A stretch of DNA of 63,844 bases, counting the filler, from Chiloscyllium plagiosum (lineage: Eukaryota): NCBI RefSeq assembly GCF_004010195.1. It is 6 parts of one record of this genome, joined end to end, with 100 filler letters (N's around TTAATTAATTAA, not from the genome) between each part and the next. Parts side by side here need not be neighbours in the genome. Positions count along the whole stretch, not along the records: positions 39,339 to 51,674 come from NC_057714.1; 5 more parts are not named here. One strand, written 5' to 3'. Each line of letters starts with the position of its first letter. Position 1 is the first letter of the stretch. The notes beneath the pieces are model-generated. The model was not told the DNA's origin. It ran no database searches and was given only the letters and a program-made list of their open reading frames with translations. This document shows positions 39,896 to 51,774 of this stretch, piece after piece. The position numbers and the translations under genes are program-made.

Positions 39896-40215
39896 GGTCA
39901 GGCTGTATCTGTGGAGAGGGAGCGAGTTAACGTGTCTCGATGACTCTTCATCAGAGGTGACATGAAGTGTGGAAGGGGCAGCATTTGTGCAATAGTGGGG
40001 GGGGGGGGGGGGGGGGGGTAGTGTACTGGGAGAGAAAGGGTGTTGATAGGGCATTTTCCAGCATTCCACCACCCACCCATTACATAAATGCTGTCCCCTC
40101 CACACTTCATGTCAGCTCTGATGAAGAGTCATCTAGACTCGAAACATTAACTTGCTCTCTCTCCATGAATGCTGCCTAACCCGTTGTGATCTCTGGCACT
40201 TTTTGTTTCCAGTAC
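39896..40215. mobile_element. Fold-back PLE-derived element with family C hammerheads; its outer left arm is displaced to ~38108-38162 by the CR1 insertion
   Basis: Inverted arms ~39896-40010 / 40070-40183. 38126-38159 is approximately the reverse complement of 40182-40216. G22 run at 39997-40018. Confidence 0.75.
40114..40152 (+). ncRNA. Minimal hammerhead motif, family C
   Basis: AGCU-CUGAUGA-A-GAGUC aucua GACUC-GAAA-C-AUU-AACU. Perfect 5-bp helix II; ACAU probably from ACGU by CpG decay. Confidence 0.7.
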
Positions 40216-40534
40216 ATTTCCTTATGATAGCTGGGGTCTCCACTATCTGATGTAGAACCAACTGTTCTTCACATGTGGTCTATGAGGCGGTCTCCACTTC
40301 CTCAACAGTTTTTAGGATAATAGTACTCTACAACTCCTTCAGCCTCTGCCTCAGTATGAGCTGACTGTGCTCAATTATTCAATTGAGGATCTGCTTTTTG
40401 TGTTGTAATTAGAGCTGTCATGCCAAACACTCCACCTGAATTATCTTCACCTTTTCAGAAAGTTTTGGCTCTCCTTTCACTTGCTTGTGGTGTCATATCA
40501 ACCCTTATTGATGGATTTTTTTTTAAACATCACC

Positions 40535-40701
40535 CCGGTTACAATACATGGAAGGCATCTGGACAAATACATGGATAGGAAGGATTCAGAAGAAAATGGG
40601 CTAAGTGCAGGAAAATGGGGTTAGCGTGGATAGACACTTTGGTCGGCATTGACCAGTTTGGGCCGAAGGGCCTGTCTCTGTGCTGTCGGACTCTATGACT
40701 C
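40535..40701 (+). mobile_element. CR1 3'-end fragment
   Basis: RHLDKYMDRKD-like C-terminus, GGGCCGAAGGGCCTG, CTCTATGACTC tail. Confidence 0.8.
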
Positions 40702-41006
40702 GATGAAGGAAAGATACCAGGAACGTTTGGGCATTCTGTAATTATAACTGACACATTTACTTTTACTCTTGCCAAATCATTACCCTGAACGATCTATCAC
40801 TTAACAGGGTGGTAGAGATGATAATCTTTTCCTTCACTTTCCTGACTCCACTTGCACTTTCCCCATTCAATGAGGGACGCCTTGGAGAGTTGTGACGTGA
40901 TCAAATGCAGAAATGGCTGCAAATTAACTGACAGACTCATTGGTGAGTGGAGGCCTATTCTCTGAAATGACCAGTTCAGGGATGCCACGTGTTGCAATTT
41001 ATTGTT

Positions 41007-41290
41007 GTAGCACAGAAAGAGGCCATTCAGCCCATTATGTCTGCAACATCTCTCTGAGTGATCATTATACCATTCTCCTGCCTTTTCTCGATAATGCTGA
41101 ACATTGTTTCGATGTAAATAATCATCTAATTCCCTCTTGAATGCGTCGGTTGAACCTGTTTCCATCACACTTCCAGGCACTTCCATCACCATTCCAGACC
41201 TTAACTACTCACTGTGTGAAGAAGATTTTCTTACACCACATTTAGTACTTTTGAAAATTATCTTATATTTGTGCCCTCTCATTCTCATTT
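41007..41290 (-). mobile_element. Decayed CR1 3' fragment
   Basis: Minus frame AFKRELDDYL; GAGGCCATTCAGCCC 3'UTR motif on the + strand. Confidence 0.7.
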
Positions 41291-42109
41291 ATGACACCAC
41301 CATAGTCGATCGAATCTCAGATGGCGACAGACGGGAGGTGGAAGACCCGGTAAAGTGGTGCACTGAGAACAACCTAGCTCTCAATGCCAGCAAAACCAAG
41401 GAACTCATTACTGACTTTCGGTGGGATGTTACTCATGCCCCCCCCTACACATTATCAGCACAGAGGTGGAATAAGTGGAGAGTGTCAAGCTTTTGGAAGT
41501 GGTTATCCACAACAAGCTTTCTTGGACTCTTCATGTGGATGCACTGGTTACAAAGGCCCAACACTGTCTCTTCTCCCTCAAGCAGCTGAGGAAATTTGGC
41601 ATGACGGCGAATATCCTTCCCAACGTTTATATGTGCACCATCGAGAGCATTATGTCTGGATGTATCACTACCTGGTATGGCAACTGTACCATTCAAGATC
41701 GGAGACAGTTACAGAGAGTGGTGAACTCGGCCCGGACAATCACAAAGGCCAACCTCCCATCTATAGAATCCATCTACCAGGCCCACTGTCAAGGAAAGGC
41801 CGCCAGCATTCTCAAAGATCCATCCCACCCTGGCAATATTTTTCTACAACCTCTATCACTAAGGAGAAGGTACAGAAGCCTGAACACACGCACCAGCCGG
41901 TTTCATAACAGTTTCTACCCTACTGTTGTTAGAATACTAAATGGGCTCATAAACTCTTAACATTCACCTGTACCTGTGTTTTTGTTTTTGCTGCTGTTTA
42001 CCTATTATTTACTTATCTATGCTATTTAACTCTGTGATCTGCCTGTATTGCTCGCAAGACAAAGCTTTTCACAGTGACACAGGTACACGTGACAATAAAT
42101 TCAATTCAA
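41291..42109 (+). mobile_element. Rex1/Babar-type LINE, RT C-terminal half and 3'UTR
   Basis: DTTIV.RIS..WCTENNLALNASKTKELI.DFR; KAQ..LF.L.QLRKFG; CTIESI.SGCITTWYGNC; ILKDPSHPG; RRYRSL..RTSRF.NSFYP; AATAAATTCAATTCAA tail. Confidence 0.85.
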
Positions 42110-42775
42110 GAATTCAGCTTGTAATGCCATAGAGAGCCACAATGTGGCAGGCTTTACTCAATTAAAAAACTGTCCACAACACACACAGCCAATGCTTAAT
42201 TTATTTCCAAAGCGAACAGAATTTCCGTCTTGAAAAATTTGTGCATAGAACGAATCGTTGAGTTTTTTTTTCATTATTATCTCCTAACCAGGGTTTCCAA
42301 AAATTATCAACAACTTCAACACATTCAAGTAAAGGTTAATTAACTGTGAAGTTTTGTTATTGGAGGTGAAACATTTTCCATTGCCCTGCATCAGAGTTCA
42401 GCCTTTGACAGGCACTGAAAAACTGGACTGCCCAAAGTCAATGCTTATAAGAAAAAAATGGTGATAGACAGGAAACTGGCCAGTCAGATTCATAGTGAAA
42501 ACTGGGTTAAGGAAGCAGTTTGAAGGAAGAGGCCACCAACAACCAACTGTACACTGTATAGTGTTGTTCCAGAGTCCTGCACTTAGGTACCATAGAGACA
42601 GTGCATCTGTCCACTGAAAGGCACCGACTGAGAACCTCTCGTTTGTATCCGGGTGCGAGGTGACTTTTCAAATATAAAATAGCTACCCAAGAAAGCTGGA
42701 ATGTAGATGTGGCCAGCTCGAGGTTTGTAAACATTAAAGACAATGTTTGAATAGATAATCTGGACTAAATTGATG

Positions 42776-42978
42776 ACAGTCCAAAAGATGTGCAGGTTAG
42801 GCGAATTGGCCGTGTTAAATTGCCTGTAGTGTTCAGGGGTGTGTAGGTTAGGTGCATTAGTCAGGAGAAATGTGGAGTAATAGGGTGGGGAAATAGGTCT
42901 GGGTGGGATACTCTTCAGAAGGTCAGTGTGGACTTGTTTGGCCAAATGGCCTGTTTCCACATGGTAGGGATATTATGT
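42776..42978 (+). mobile_element. HE1-type SINE, 3' half
   Basis: ACAGTCCAAAAGATGTGCAGGTTAGG...GGCCTGTTTCCAC. Confidence 0.85.
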
Positions 42979-43177
42979 TTCCACTACATGTAACTAAGAA
43001 TTAGGTGGTGACCATCTCCTTGACCCAATACTTTATAAATCCACTCCCTATATGTGAACATTCTGAGACTGATATCCTCGAACCTGTTGTAGAGCACTTT
43101 TGTTAGTTGTTACCTTTCAAAAAATTGAATTAAATTGTTGCCCACTTGTATAAACCGACATGTTCCCAGCTCCCATT

Positions 43178-43312
43178 AGCCCTGAGGAAGGGTCACCCAA
43201 CTCGAAACATTAATTCTGATTTCTCTCCACAGACGCTGCCAGACCTGATGTGCTTTTCCATCAATTTCTGTTTTTGTTTCTGATTTACAGCATCCACAGT
43301 CCTTTCAATTTT
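43178..43312 (+). mobile_element. Short PLE-derived repeat with family C-like hammerhead
   Basis: CUGAGGA-A-GGGU..ACUC-GAAA-C-AUU followed by GACGCTGCCAGACCTG..CAGCATCC. Confidence 0.7.
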
Positions 43313-43319
43313 CATTTAT

Positions 43320-43890
43320 GTTAGGCATTAATTCAGCAACTGTAGAATTTGTAGGATTATATTTGCAGATACATTCAATTTTGTTCAAAAAACGCACAGT
43401 CTGCAGGCAGTCAATCCATGTCATCCATGTTCCACTTTGGAAAAAGAACCAGTCTGACTCAAGACTAGGATAGAGACAGACTGTAATCTCACACCTTCAA
43501 TGCATTGTCTGAACTGAGATATCAATTTTTTTATGAAACATTAAGTTATCTCAAGAATGTGACTTAAAAGAAATTCTGGGATTTATATATTAATGGACCG
43601 AAACCTGCAACCCCTTCTGAAAGATGAAAGACTTAACAATCTAGGTTTGTTCAATATATCATTCCAGTTGCATGACACTGTCATATTTGTTATAAATTCT
43701 GTGTCTTATGGTCCTGCTCCACAACCACCTGATGAAGGATCAGCGCTCTGAAAGCTAGTGCTTCCAAATAAACCTGTTGGACTATAAACTGGTATTGTGT
43801 GATTTTTAACTTAGTCCACTGCAGTCCAGCACCAGCTCCTCCACATTATGGAAACTGCAGTCCAGCACCAGCTCCTCCACATTATGGAAA
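43320..43890 (+). mobile_element. PLE-like terminal region with family D hammerhead (43726-43760) and a terminal 36-bp tandem duplication (43818-43890)
   Basis: CAC-CUGAUGA-A-GGA..UCU-GAAA-GCUA-GUG. Downstream sequence matches 46128-46220. 5' limit uncertain. Confidence 0.65.
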
Positions 43891-44748
43891 TCCAGACATT
43901 CTAAATATTTTATAATTATAACTCAGATTTATGTATATTACTAAGGGAACATTTTAGCTCGAACCGGCAATAAATAAAAATTGACATTCAGACTATCCAT
44001 TGGGGAGGGCAATTAAAACTGACCGAATGGCAGTGGGTTAAGAAATAATCAGTTTAATCATCATTTTAGCAACTGACGTGATGAATGGGAAAGAGATGAT
44101 ACGATACTTCAAACTGTCACTGTGGGGCAGTGCTCACCTGCAGTATTCAAAATAGTTGAAAAACGTGAAGGGCAGCAAGACATGGAAGAGAGTCATTAAA
44201 GTGGCAACAAATTGTAGCGATGTTAACGCACATTAATGCTCAAGGTCTACTTAACAGTGATCCTTCCCCTCCACTCCGTGGATGTGGTTATACTCCTCAC
44301 AGTTATAGCTGTGGCATGTCAGGCAGTCCCTGGGGAAGCTGACTGCAACATGATGTGGTGAGAGATTTTCATTCTGAACCACGTGACTCTACCTCTCCCA
44401 AGTCTGTACGTAATCCTCCGTGTGGATCATGTTCAATTCATTGGACAAAGGAAGACTGAAGAGTGCTAAGTTGTATCAGGAAACATTTTGGAGAGAATAC
44501 ACACAAGCTTCAAGGATGTCCAACCAAAGACAATATGTGCAAAATCTTTGAAAATTTGAGTCAGCTTTGCTTCCCTATTTCTGCTAGTGTTAAAACATAC
44601 CAACTTAGCCTGCGTCCATTTTAAGGGCATAGAGCCATTTTACCAACATTAAATGCACTGTCTCCAACCAAGTTTATTCTAGTAAACTGGTTGTCTTGAC
44701 TAACCCATCACCTGGTCAGTGAAGCCAGATTACTGGCTGATTTGTCAT

Positions 44749-44844
44749 CGAGCTGATAATGTGTTGCTGGAAAAGCGCAGCAGGTCAGGCAGCATCCAAG
44801 GAGCAGGAGAATTGACGTTTTGGGCTTGAGCCCTTCTTCAGGAA
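44749..44844 (-). mobile_element. ~96-bp family A hammerhead unit with target-site duplication (GAAA core mutated to AAAA)
   Basis: TGATTTGTCAT at 44738-44748 and 44845-44855. Minus strand: AUUC-CUGAAGA-A-GGGCU ca AGCCC-AAAA-CGUC. Confidence 0.8.
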
Positions 44845-45112
44845 TGATTTGTCATTGAATCATGTTCCTTTAACAAGTGCATCATCCTCAGGGGAAAACA
44901 TTTGCAGAGTTGCAGAAGTCTATCTATGAGAGTGGGGAAATAAAAAATTGTACAACCCGCTGTCTATTTTAGTTCTTCGTTATGAGCAGTTTGGGTTTTT
45001 TTTCATATAAGACCTGCCAAAGCACTTTGAACGTGAAGTGAAGAGCTTTGAGAATTGTGTGATATGTTTGATCATAATCTCACTGAATGGTAGAACAAGG
45101 CAAGGAGCTATT

Positions 45113-45446
45113 GAATCCCTAGATTCAGGAAACAGGCCATTTGGCACAATGGGTCCAAACTAATCCTCTGAAGGGCATCCCACCCAGACCCATCCCCCTC
45201 CCCTTTAATTCTGTATTTTCCATGGCCTAACGTATTGCACCTAACCTACTGAACACAATGGGCAATTTAGCACAGCCAATCCACCTGACCTGCACATCTT
45301 CGGACTGTGAGAGGAAACCAGAGCACCCATTGGAAACCCACACAGACACGGGGAGAACATGCAAATTCCATTCAGTCACCCAAGGGTGGAATCGAATCTG
45401 TGTCCCTGGTGAGGCAGCAGTGCTAACGACCAAGCCACCGTGCCAC
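45113..45446 (-). mobile_element. HE1-type SINE
   Basis: Reverse complement of HE1 head, V-domain and tail. Confidence 0.9.
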
Positions 45447-45699
45447 TAAACTGACTTATTGTTTCTCGTGTTTCTGGTTTCTTTCAGTGTTTCAAAGGGA
45501 ACTCTATTCACTGCGGGGGTGTATCAGACTGGCAACTTCCCCATCCCACACTCTCTTTGCCAATCAGGGAAACAGGTGGGAGGCAATACCCAGTTAAACT
45601 CATTGTGAAAACCACAATGGAGGTGAAGCATTTTAAACACATCCTGAGACTTCAGACAATGTCAGCAGCCACAGGGTTTCACTCCAGATCATATTAATG

Positions 45700-46320
45700 G
45701 ATCCCTTGAGGCATTGCCATCCTTTGGCCCACTAAGCCTATGCTGACCAACAAACACTGAACTATACATTTGCCATCCACCAGAATGTAGTCCACAGCCT
45801 GCAAACCGTGACATTTTAAGTGCTCATCCCGATGTTTCTTAAATGTTGTGAGAGTGCCTGCCTCCCCTCAGGTAGTACACTCCATATTTCCAACACTCTG
45901 TAGTTGGAAAAAATGTTTCACCGGTCTCTTCTAAACCATTTCTTCCTCGCCTTCAACTTATGCTCTCTGGTCTCAGACATGTTTGCCATGGAGAAGAGAT
46001 TCTCATGATCTACTCTGTCTGCCAGGTTTATTTGGAAGCACTAGCTTTCAGAGCACTGCTCCTTCATCAGGTGGTTGTGGAGATTTCTCCACAGCTGCCT
46101 GATGACAGAGCAGCACTCCGAAAGCTAGTGCTTCCAAATAAACCTGTTGGACTGTAGCCTGGTGTTGTGTGATTTTTAACTTTGTACACTCCAGTCCAAC
46201 ACCAGCATCTCCAAATCATGACTACTCTGTCTGCGCCTCTGTCAGAACCTCCATCAACCTCCTCTGCTCCAAGCAAAACAAACCCAACCTATCCAGTCTC
46301 TCCTCACAGCTGAGACTGCA
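45700..46320 (-). mobile_element. Decayed CR1 3' fragment interrupted by a PLE fold-back at 46023-46220
   Basis: Minus frame LSCEERLDRLGLFCLEQRRL. Confidence 0.7.
46023..46220. mobile_element. Compact fold-back PLE end: two family D hammerheads back to back (- strand 46039-46073, + strand ~46096-46130)
   Basis: Arms 46023-46083 / 46087-46146. Minus copy: CAC-CUGAUGA-A-GGAGC agu GCUCU-GAAA-GCUA-GUG. Confidence 0.82.
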
Positions 46321-46489
46321 GTTGTTTGTCTTAATTAAGCTATGTTTTTTGTGAATTTCCTGCTCTCTTTTGCTTCTGCTTATTCTTGCCTTCTTGGAGA
46401 GTTGATGAAGGGCATAATGGTTTGGAGAGTAACCATCCAATAGATTTTGTGGAAAGAGTTTAGCCTTGGCAACTTTTATTTTCAATAGG

Positions 46490-47472
46490 TTCATGGGAGG
46501 CAGGTATCACTGGCTGGACTAGCATTTACTACCTATTCCAGTTGCCCAGAGAGCAGTTAAATGTTTACCACATTGTTGTGGATCTGGAGTCACATAACTG
46601 GGTAAGGTTGACAGATTTCCTTCTACAGAGGACATCAGTGAACCAGATTAGTTTTTACCAACAAGCGACAATGGTCAAATGGACATTCCATCAGTAGAAT
46701 ATTTTCCTTCATTGCTAAAGTTGGAGCTTAAAAATAGCGAGGTTATGCTGCAGCTGTATAGGGTGCTGGTGAGGCCATACCTGGAGTATTGTGTACAGTT
46801 TTGGTTTCCTTACTTAGAAAGGATGCACTGGCACTGGAGGGGGTGCAGAGGAGGTTCACTGGGTTGCTTCCAGAGTTGAGAGGGTTGACTTAAGAGGAGA
46901 GACTGAATAGACTGGGACTATACTCATTGGAATTTAGAAGAATGAGGGGGGATCTTTTAGAAACGTGCAAAATTATGACGGGAATAGACAGGACAGAAGC
47001 AGGGAAGGTGTTTCCACTGGTGGGAGAAACTATATCATAAGGCACAGCCTCAAAATGAGGGGGAGCAGATTTAGGACTGAGTTGAGGAGGAACTTGTTCA
47101 CCCAAAGGGTTGTGAATCTGTGGAGTCCCCTGCCCAGTGAAGCAGTTGAGGCTACCTCATTCAATGTTTTTAAGGCAAAGATAGATTTTGAACAGTGAAG
47201 GAATTATCGGTTCTGGTGAGTGGGAGGGTAAGTGCAGCTGAGTCAGCCGTGATCATATTGGATGGCGGAGCTGGCTCGAAGGGCCAGATAATCTTCTCCT
47301 GCTCCTATTTCTTATGTTACCATTAGGCTAGCTTTTCATTACAGACGTTTTTTTAAATTGAATTCAAACCTCACCATCATCTGCCATGGTGGGATTTGAA
47401 CCATTGTCTTCAGAGCATTAGTCTAGAGTACTCTGGGTTGCCAATCCAGTGACATTACCTCCACTGCCTCCT
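46490..47472 (-). mobile_element. Second-family tRNA-headed SINE split by a CR1 insertion
   Basis: 46490-46680 resembles the reverse complement of 28880-29075. 47325-47472 (ATCTGCCATGGTGGGATTTGAACC) resembles the reverse complement of the head. Confidence 0.7.
46700..47320 (+). mobile_element. CR1 3' fragment
   Basis: EVMLQLYRVLVRPYLEYCVQFW; FRTELRRNLFTQRVVNLW; TCTTATG tail. Confidence 0.9.
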
Positions 47473-47643
47473 CATACCCCCCTTCTGTGACATTTTCACT
47501 TTTTCTCATACACATCGTAGACTAGAATCCCCTTCGGAATTACATTACAGTTTCCTCTTTTACCTCAGAACTGCCCTTCAATTCTGTATCCACACTCCCT
47601 CCTGCTTCACTCACCAAATCCTAATGTACAAATACACACGGTT

Positions 47644-48258
47644 ACGGAACAAGTGTAGACTGCTCAACCCTTCAAGCTATTCTATAGTCAATAAGATTAT
47701 GGCTGACCTGACTTTAATCTCAGCTCCACAATCCTACATATCCCCGGTAATCTTCCATTCCCTGGGTATCCCTGCATTAAAAATAATTAAAGACTCTACA
47801 TTCATTGTCTTATAAGGAAGGAAATTCCAGAGACTGACAACACTCTGAGAGGGAAAAAAAGTCCTTATCTCTATCTTAAATAGTGACCCCCTAAATAAAG
47901 CAGAACACCCTAATTGCTTTCTTGACTACTTTCTGCACCTGCAGTAGCAGCATAGAGTCATAGAGATGTACAGCACAGAAACAGACCCTTCGGTCCATCC
48001 CATCCATGCCGACCAGATATCCCAACCCAATCTAGTCCCACCTGCCAGCACCCGGCCCATATTCCTCCAAACCCTTCCTATTCATATACCCATCTAAATG
48101 CCTTTTAAATGTTGCAATTGTACCAGCCTCCACCAACTCTTCTGGCAGCTCATTCCACTCACATACCACCCTCTGTGTGAAAAAGTTACCCTTTAGGTCT
48201 CTTTTATATCTCTCCCCTCTCTCCTTAAACCTATTCCCTCTAGTTCTAGGCTACAAGA
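47644..48258 (-). mobile_element. Two adjacent CR1 3' fragments: an old one at ~47644-47945 and a HER1-type one at 47951-48258
   Basis: 47951-48258 is highly similar to 35587-35870 (CATAGAGTCATAGAGATGTACAGC...). Confidence 0.8.
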
Positions 48259-48404
48259 CACGCTGAAGAAATTCACCAAAGATCCTCAGACAGCACCTTC
48301 CAAACCCAAGACCACTTCCATCTAGAAGGACACATGGGAATACTATCAACTGCAAGTGCCCCTCCAAGCCACTCACCATCCTGACTTGGAAATATACCAT
48401 TGTC

Positions 48405-51310
48405 TGGCAGGTAGAGGGATGCTGAGTTCAGGAACGGAGAAGCCACAGCTCTTGACCTTAAAAGTATGAGGTACTTGCTGCCTGTGTGGATGAGCAAACG
48501 GGCTGTAGGGAGGATGACCCAGCTGACTACAGCACCATGGCACAGAAGGCCATTCAAGAGGGGGGGGTGTAAAAAGACAAGTTATAAGCGATTCTATAAT
48601 TAGGGGGACAGACAGCATCATTTGCAAGCCAGATTGAGAGTCCCACATTGTGTGTTGCCTGCCCGGTGCCGAGGCATAGGATCTCTCTGACCAGCTTGAA
48701 AGAATATTGCAGCAGGAGAGGGAGGAGCCAATTGTGTGGTCCACATTGGGACAAACAACAGAGGCAAGGCTAGGAAGGAGGAACTGGTTGGGAATTATCA
48801 AGTACTAGGAACGAAATGAAGGAAGAGGCCCTCATGCATTATAATCTCTGGATTACTACCCGAGCCATGTACAAATTGACTTAGGGATAAGAAAGTAAGG
48901 GAAGTAAACACATGGCTAAAGGAGTGGTGTGGGAAAGAGGGGTGCCATTTCAATGGACATTAGCATCAAATTTGGAACTGGGGGCATCTGAACCAATGGG
49001 ACGGTCTCCACCTGAACCGATCTGGAACCAGTGTACTAGCAAAAAAGGATAACTAGAGTGGTCACTCGGACTTTAAACTAGTGAGTCGGGGGAAGGGAAG
49101 GGGAGAACGACAGGAAGCATAGTGGCAAATAAGAAGGAAAGCAGCAGGTTAGCATGTGTGCAGGAGGGTTTAACTACATGGCAGACTATGGAAGAAGCAA
49201 AAAGGAAGGATAACTCAGGAGATATTATTATTGGGGTTGTTGGAATTGATAAGGAGGGTACAAAAACTGGGCATAAGGGCATTTTAACTGAATGCTTGTA
49301 ACATTCGTAACAAGGTGGATGAGTTAATGGCACAAATCATTGCGAATGAATATGACTTGATAGCCATAATGGAGACATGGTTACAGGATGGTCATGACTG
49401 GAAGTTAAATATCCAGGAGTATCAGACTATTTGTAAGGACAAACAGGAAGGTAAGGGAGATGGTGTAGCTCTGATATTCAAGGACAACATCAGGGCAGTG
49501 GTGACAATGATACAGTGAGAAACTAGAAGATTGGGAAAGCTTGAAAGGTCAGTGGAAAGCCACAAAAAAGAGCTATAAAGAAAAGTAAGATAGAGTATGA
49601 GAAAAAAAACTAGCTCAGAATATAAAGACAGATAAAAAAGGTCCTTTAAATATATAAAACAAAAACGAGTGGCTAAAGTAAACATTGCTCCTTTAGAGGA
49701 TGAGGAAAGGCATTTAGTAATGGGATATGTGAAAATGGCCGAAGTATTGAACAGGTATTGTGTGTTGGTCTTCACAGTGGAGGACACGAATAGCATGGCA
49801 GTAATTGACAAAGAGATGAAGGTAGGTGAGGACCTGGAAGCAATCATTATCGCAGAAGAGGTAGCGTTGGGCAAGCTAATGGGGCTAAGGATAAACAAGT
49901 TTCCTGGCCCTGATGGAATGTATCCCAGGGTGCTAAAAGAGATGGAGGGAGAAATAGCAAATGCATTTGTGGTAATTTTCCAAAATTCACTGGACTCTGG
50001 GAAAGTTCCAGCAGATTGGAAAACAACAAATGTGAAGCCATTGTTTAATAAGGGAGATAGACAAAAGATGGGAATTATAGACCAGTTAGCTTAATTTCTG
50101 TAGTGGGGAAAATGCTTGAGTCTATTACCAAGGAAGAAAAAGTGAGGCATCTAGATAGAAATTGTCCCACTGAGCAGATGTAGCATGGATTCATGAAGGG
50201 CAGATCATGCTTAATTCATCTTTTGGATTTCTACGAAGACATTACAAACAAAGTAGACAATGGGAATCGAGTAGATACAGTGTATCTAGATTTCCAAAAG
50301 GTATTTGACAAGGTGCTGCACAAAAGGCTGCTACATAAGCTAAAGATGCAAGGCATTCTGGGCAATGGATTAGCATGGCCAGAGGATTGGCTAACCAATA
50401 GGAAGCAAAGAGTAGGGATAAATGAATGCTGTTCTGGTTGGCATCAGTGACTAGTGGTGTGCCTCAGGGACCAGTGTTGGGACTGCAATTAATCACAATT
50501 TACATAGATGATTTGGAGTTGGGGACCACATGAAGTATGTCAAAGTTTGCTGGTGACACTAAGATGAGTGGTAGATCAAAGTGTGCAGAGGACTGTGAAA
50601 CGTTGCAAAGGGACATAGATAAGTTTAAGTGAGTAGGCAAAGGTCTGGCGGATGGATTACAATGTTAATAAACATGATGCCATCCATTTTAGTAGGTATA
50701 ACAGTAAAAACGACTATCACTTGAATGGTAAGAAATTACAGCACATTGTTGAAAAGAGGGACCTGGGTGTCCTTGTGCATGACTCACAGAAGGCTGGTCC
50801 GCAGGTACAACAGGTAATGAAGAAGGCAAATGGAATTTTATCTAAATGTTTTGCTAAAGGGATTGAGTTTAAAAACAGGGAGGTTATGTTGCAGCTATAT
50901 AGGGTGCTGGTGAGGCTACGCCTGAAGTACTGTGTGTAGTTTTGGTCTCCTTACTTAGAAAGGATGTACTGGCACTAGAGGGGGTGTAGAGGAGGTTCAC
51001 TGGGTTGATTCTGGAGTTGAGGGAGTTGACTTATGTGGAGACACTGAGTAGACTGGGATTATATTCATTAAAATTTAGAAGAATGAGGGGGGATCTTATA
51101 GAAAGATACAAAATTATGAAATAAATAGATAAGACAAAAGTAGAGAGGATGTTTCCACTGGCAGTTGAAACTAGGACAGGAGGGCATAGCCTCAAAATTA
51201 GGGGGGTGGGGGCAGATTTAGGACTAATTGAGAAGGAGCGTCTTCACCCAGATGGTGAATTCCCTGCCTAGTGAAATGCTAAATGCTTTTAAAGCACAAA
51301 TAGCTAATTT
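48405..51310 (+). mobile_element. Decayed CR1 LINE: ORF1 esterase plus ORF2 with an internal deletion near 49515
   Basis: DSIIRGTDSIIC..IVCCLPGA; NKVDELMAQI..ETWLQ; FPGPDGMYPRVLKE; YLDFQKVFDKV.H; LQLYRVLVR. Confidence 0.9.
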
Positions 51311-51473
51311 TGGGCATCCAAGATGGCAGAGTCCTGCTAGGATTGCATTTGCTGGGCTCTGTGCCACAACATTGACAGGACAGAGCTGGAACAAGTCCCA
51401 TCCACGTTACTGTGAGTAAAAACACAGAAAAAGAGTGAGAGAACCTGGAAAAAATAATTTTATCTTTGTTTTT

Positions 51474-51674
51474 GTTGTGGTTCTGTTCGCCGAGCTGGAA
51501 GTTTTTGTTGCAAACGTTTCGTCCCCTGGCTAGGCGACATCATCAGTGCTTGGGAGCCTCCTGCGAAGCGCTTCTTTGATGTTTCCTCCGGTGTTCATTA
51601 ACGGCACACAAACCAACAGCCATGCTCAGACAACAACTCACCAGAACGAAGGACCCGATACCCAAAATGAGCAA
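51474..51674. mobile_element. Second copy of the family B Penelope-like element: inverted arm 51474-51595 with hammerhead (- strand 51510-51549), then sense coding remnant truncated by a gap
   Basis: Arm near-identical to 20022-20144. + frame TAHKPTAMLRQQLTRTKDPIPKMS continues into the MSKTNVVYK of the 20218 copy. Confidence 0.85.
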
Positions 51675-51774
51675 NNNNNNNNNNNNNNNNNNNNNNNNNN
51701 NNNNNNNNNNNNNNNNNNTTAATTAATTAANNNNNNNNNNNNNNNNNNNNNNNNNNNNNNNNNNNNNNNNNNNN

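Noticed and set aside
39997..40018. G22 run as a functional G-quadruplex
   Set aside because: A homopolymer expansion inside a repeat; its length is error-prone and nothing supports function.
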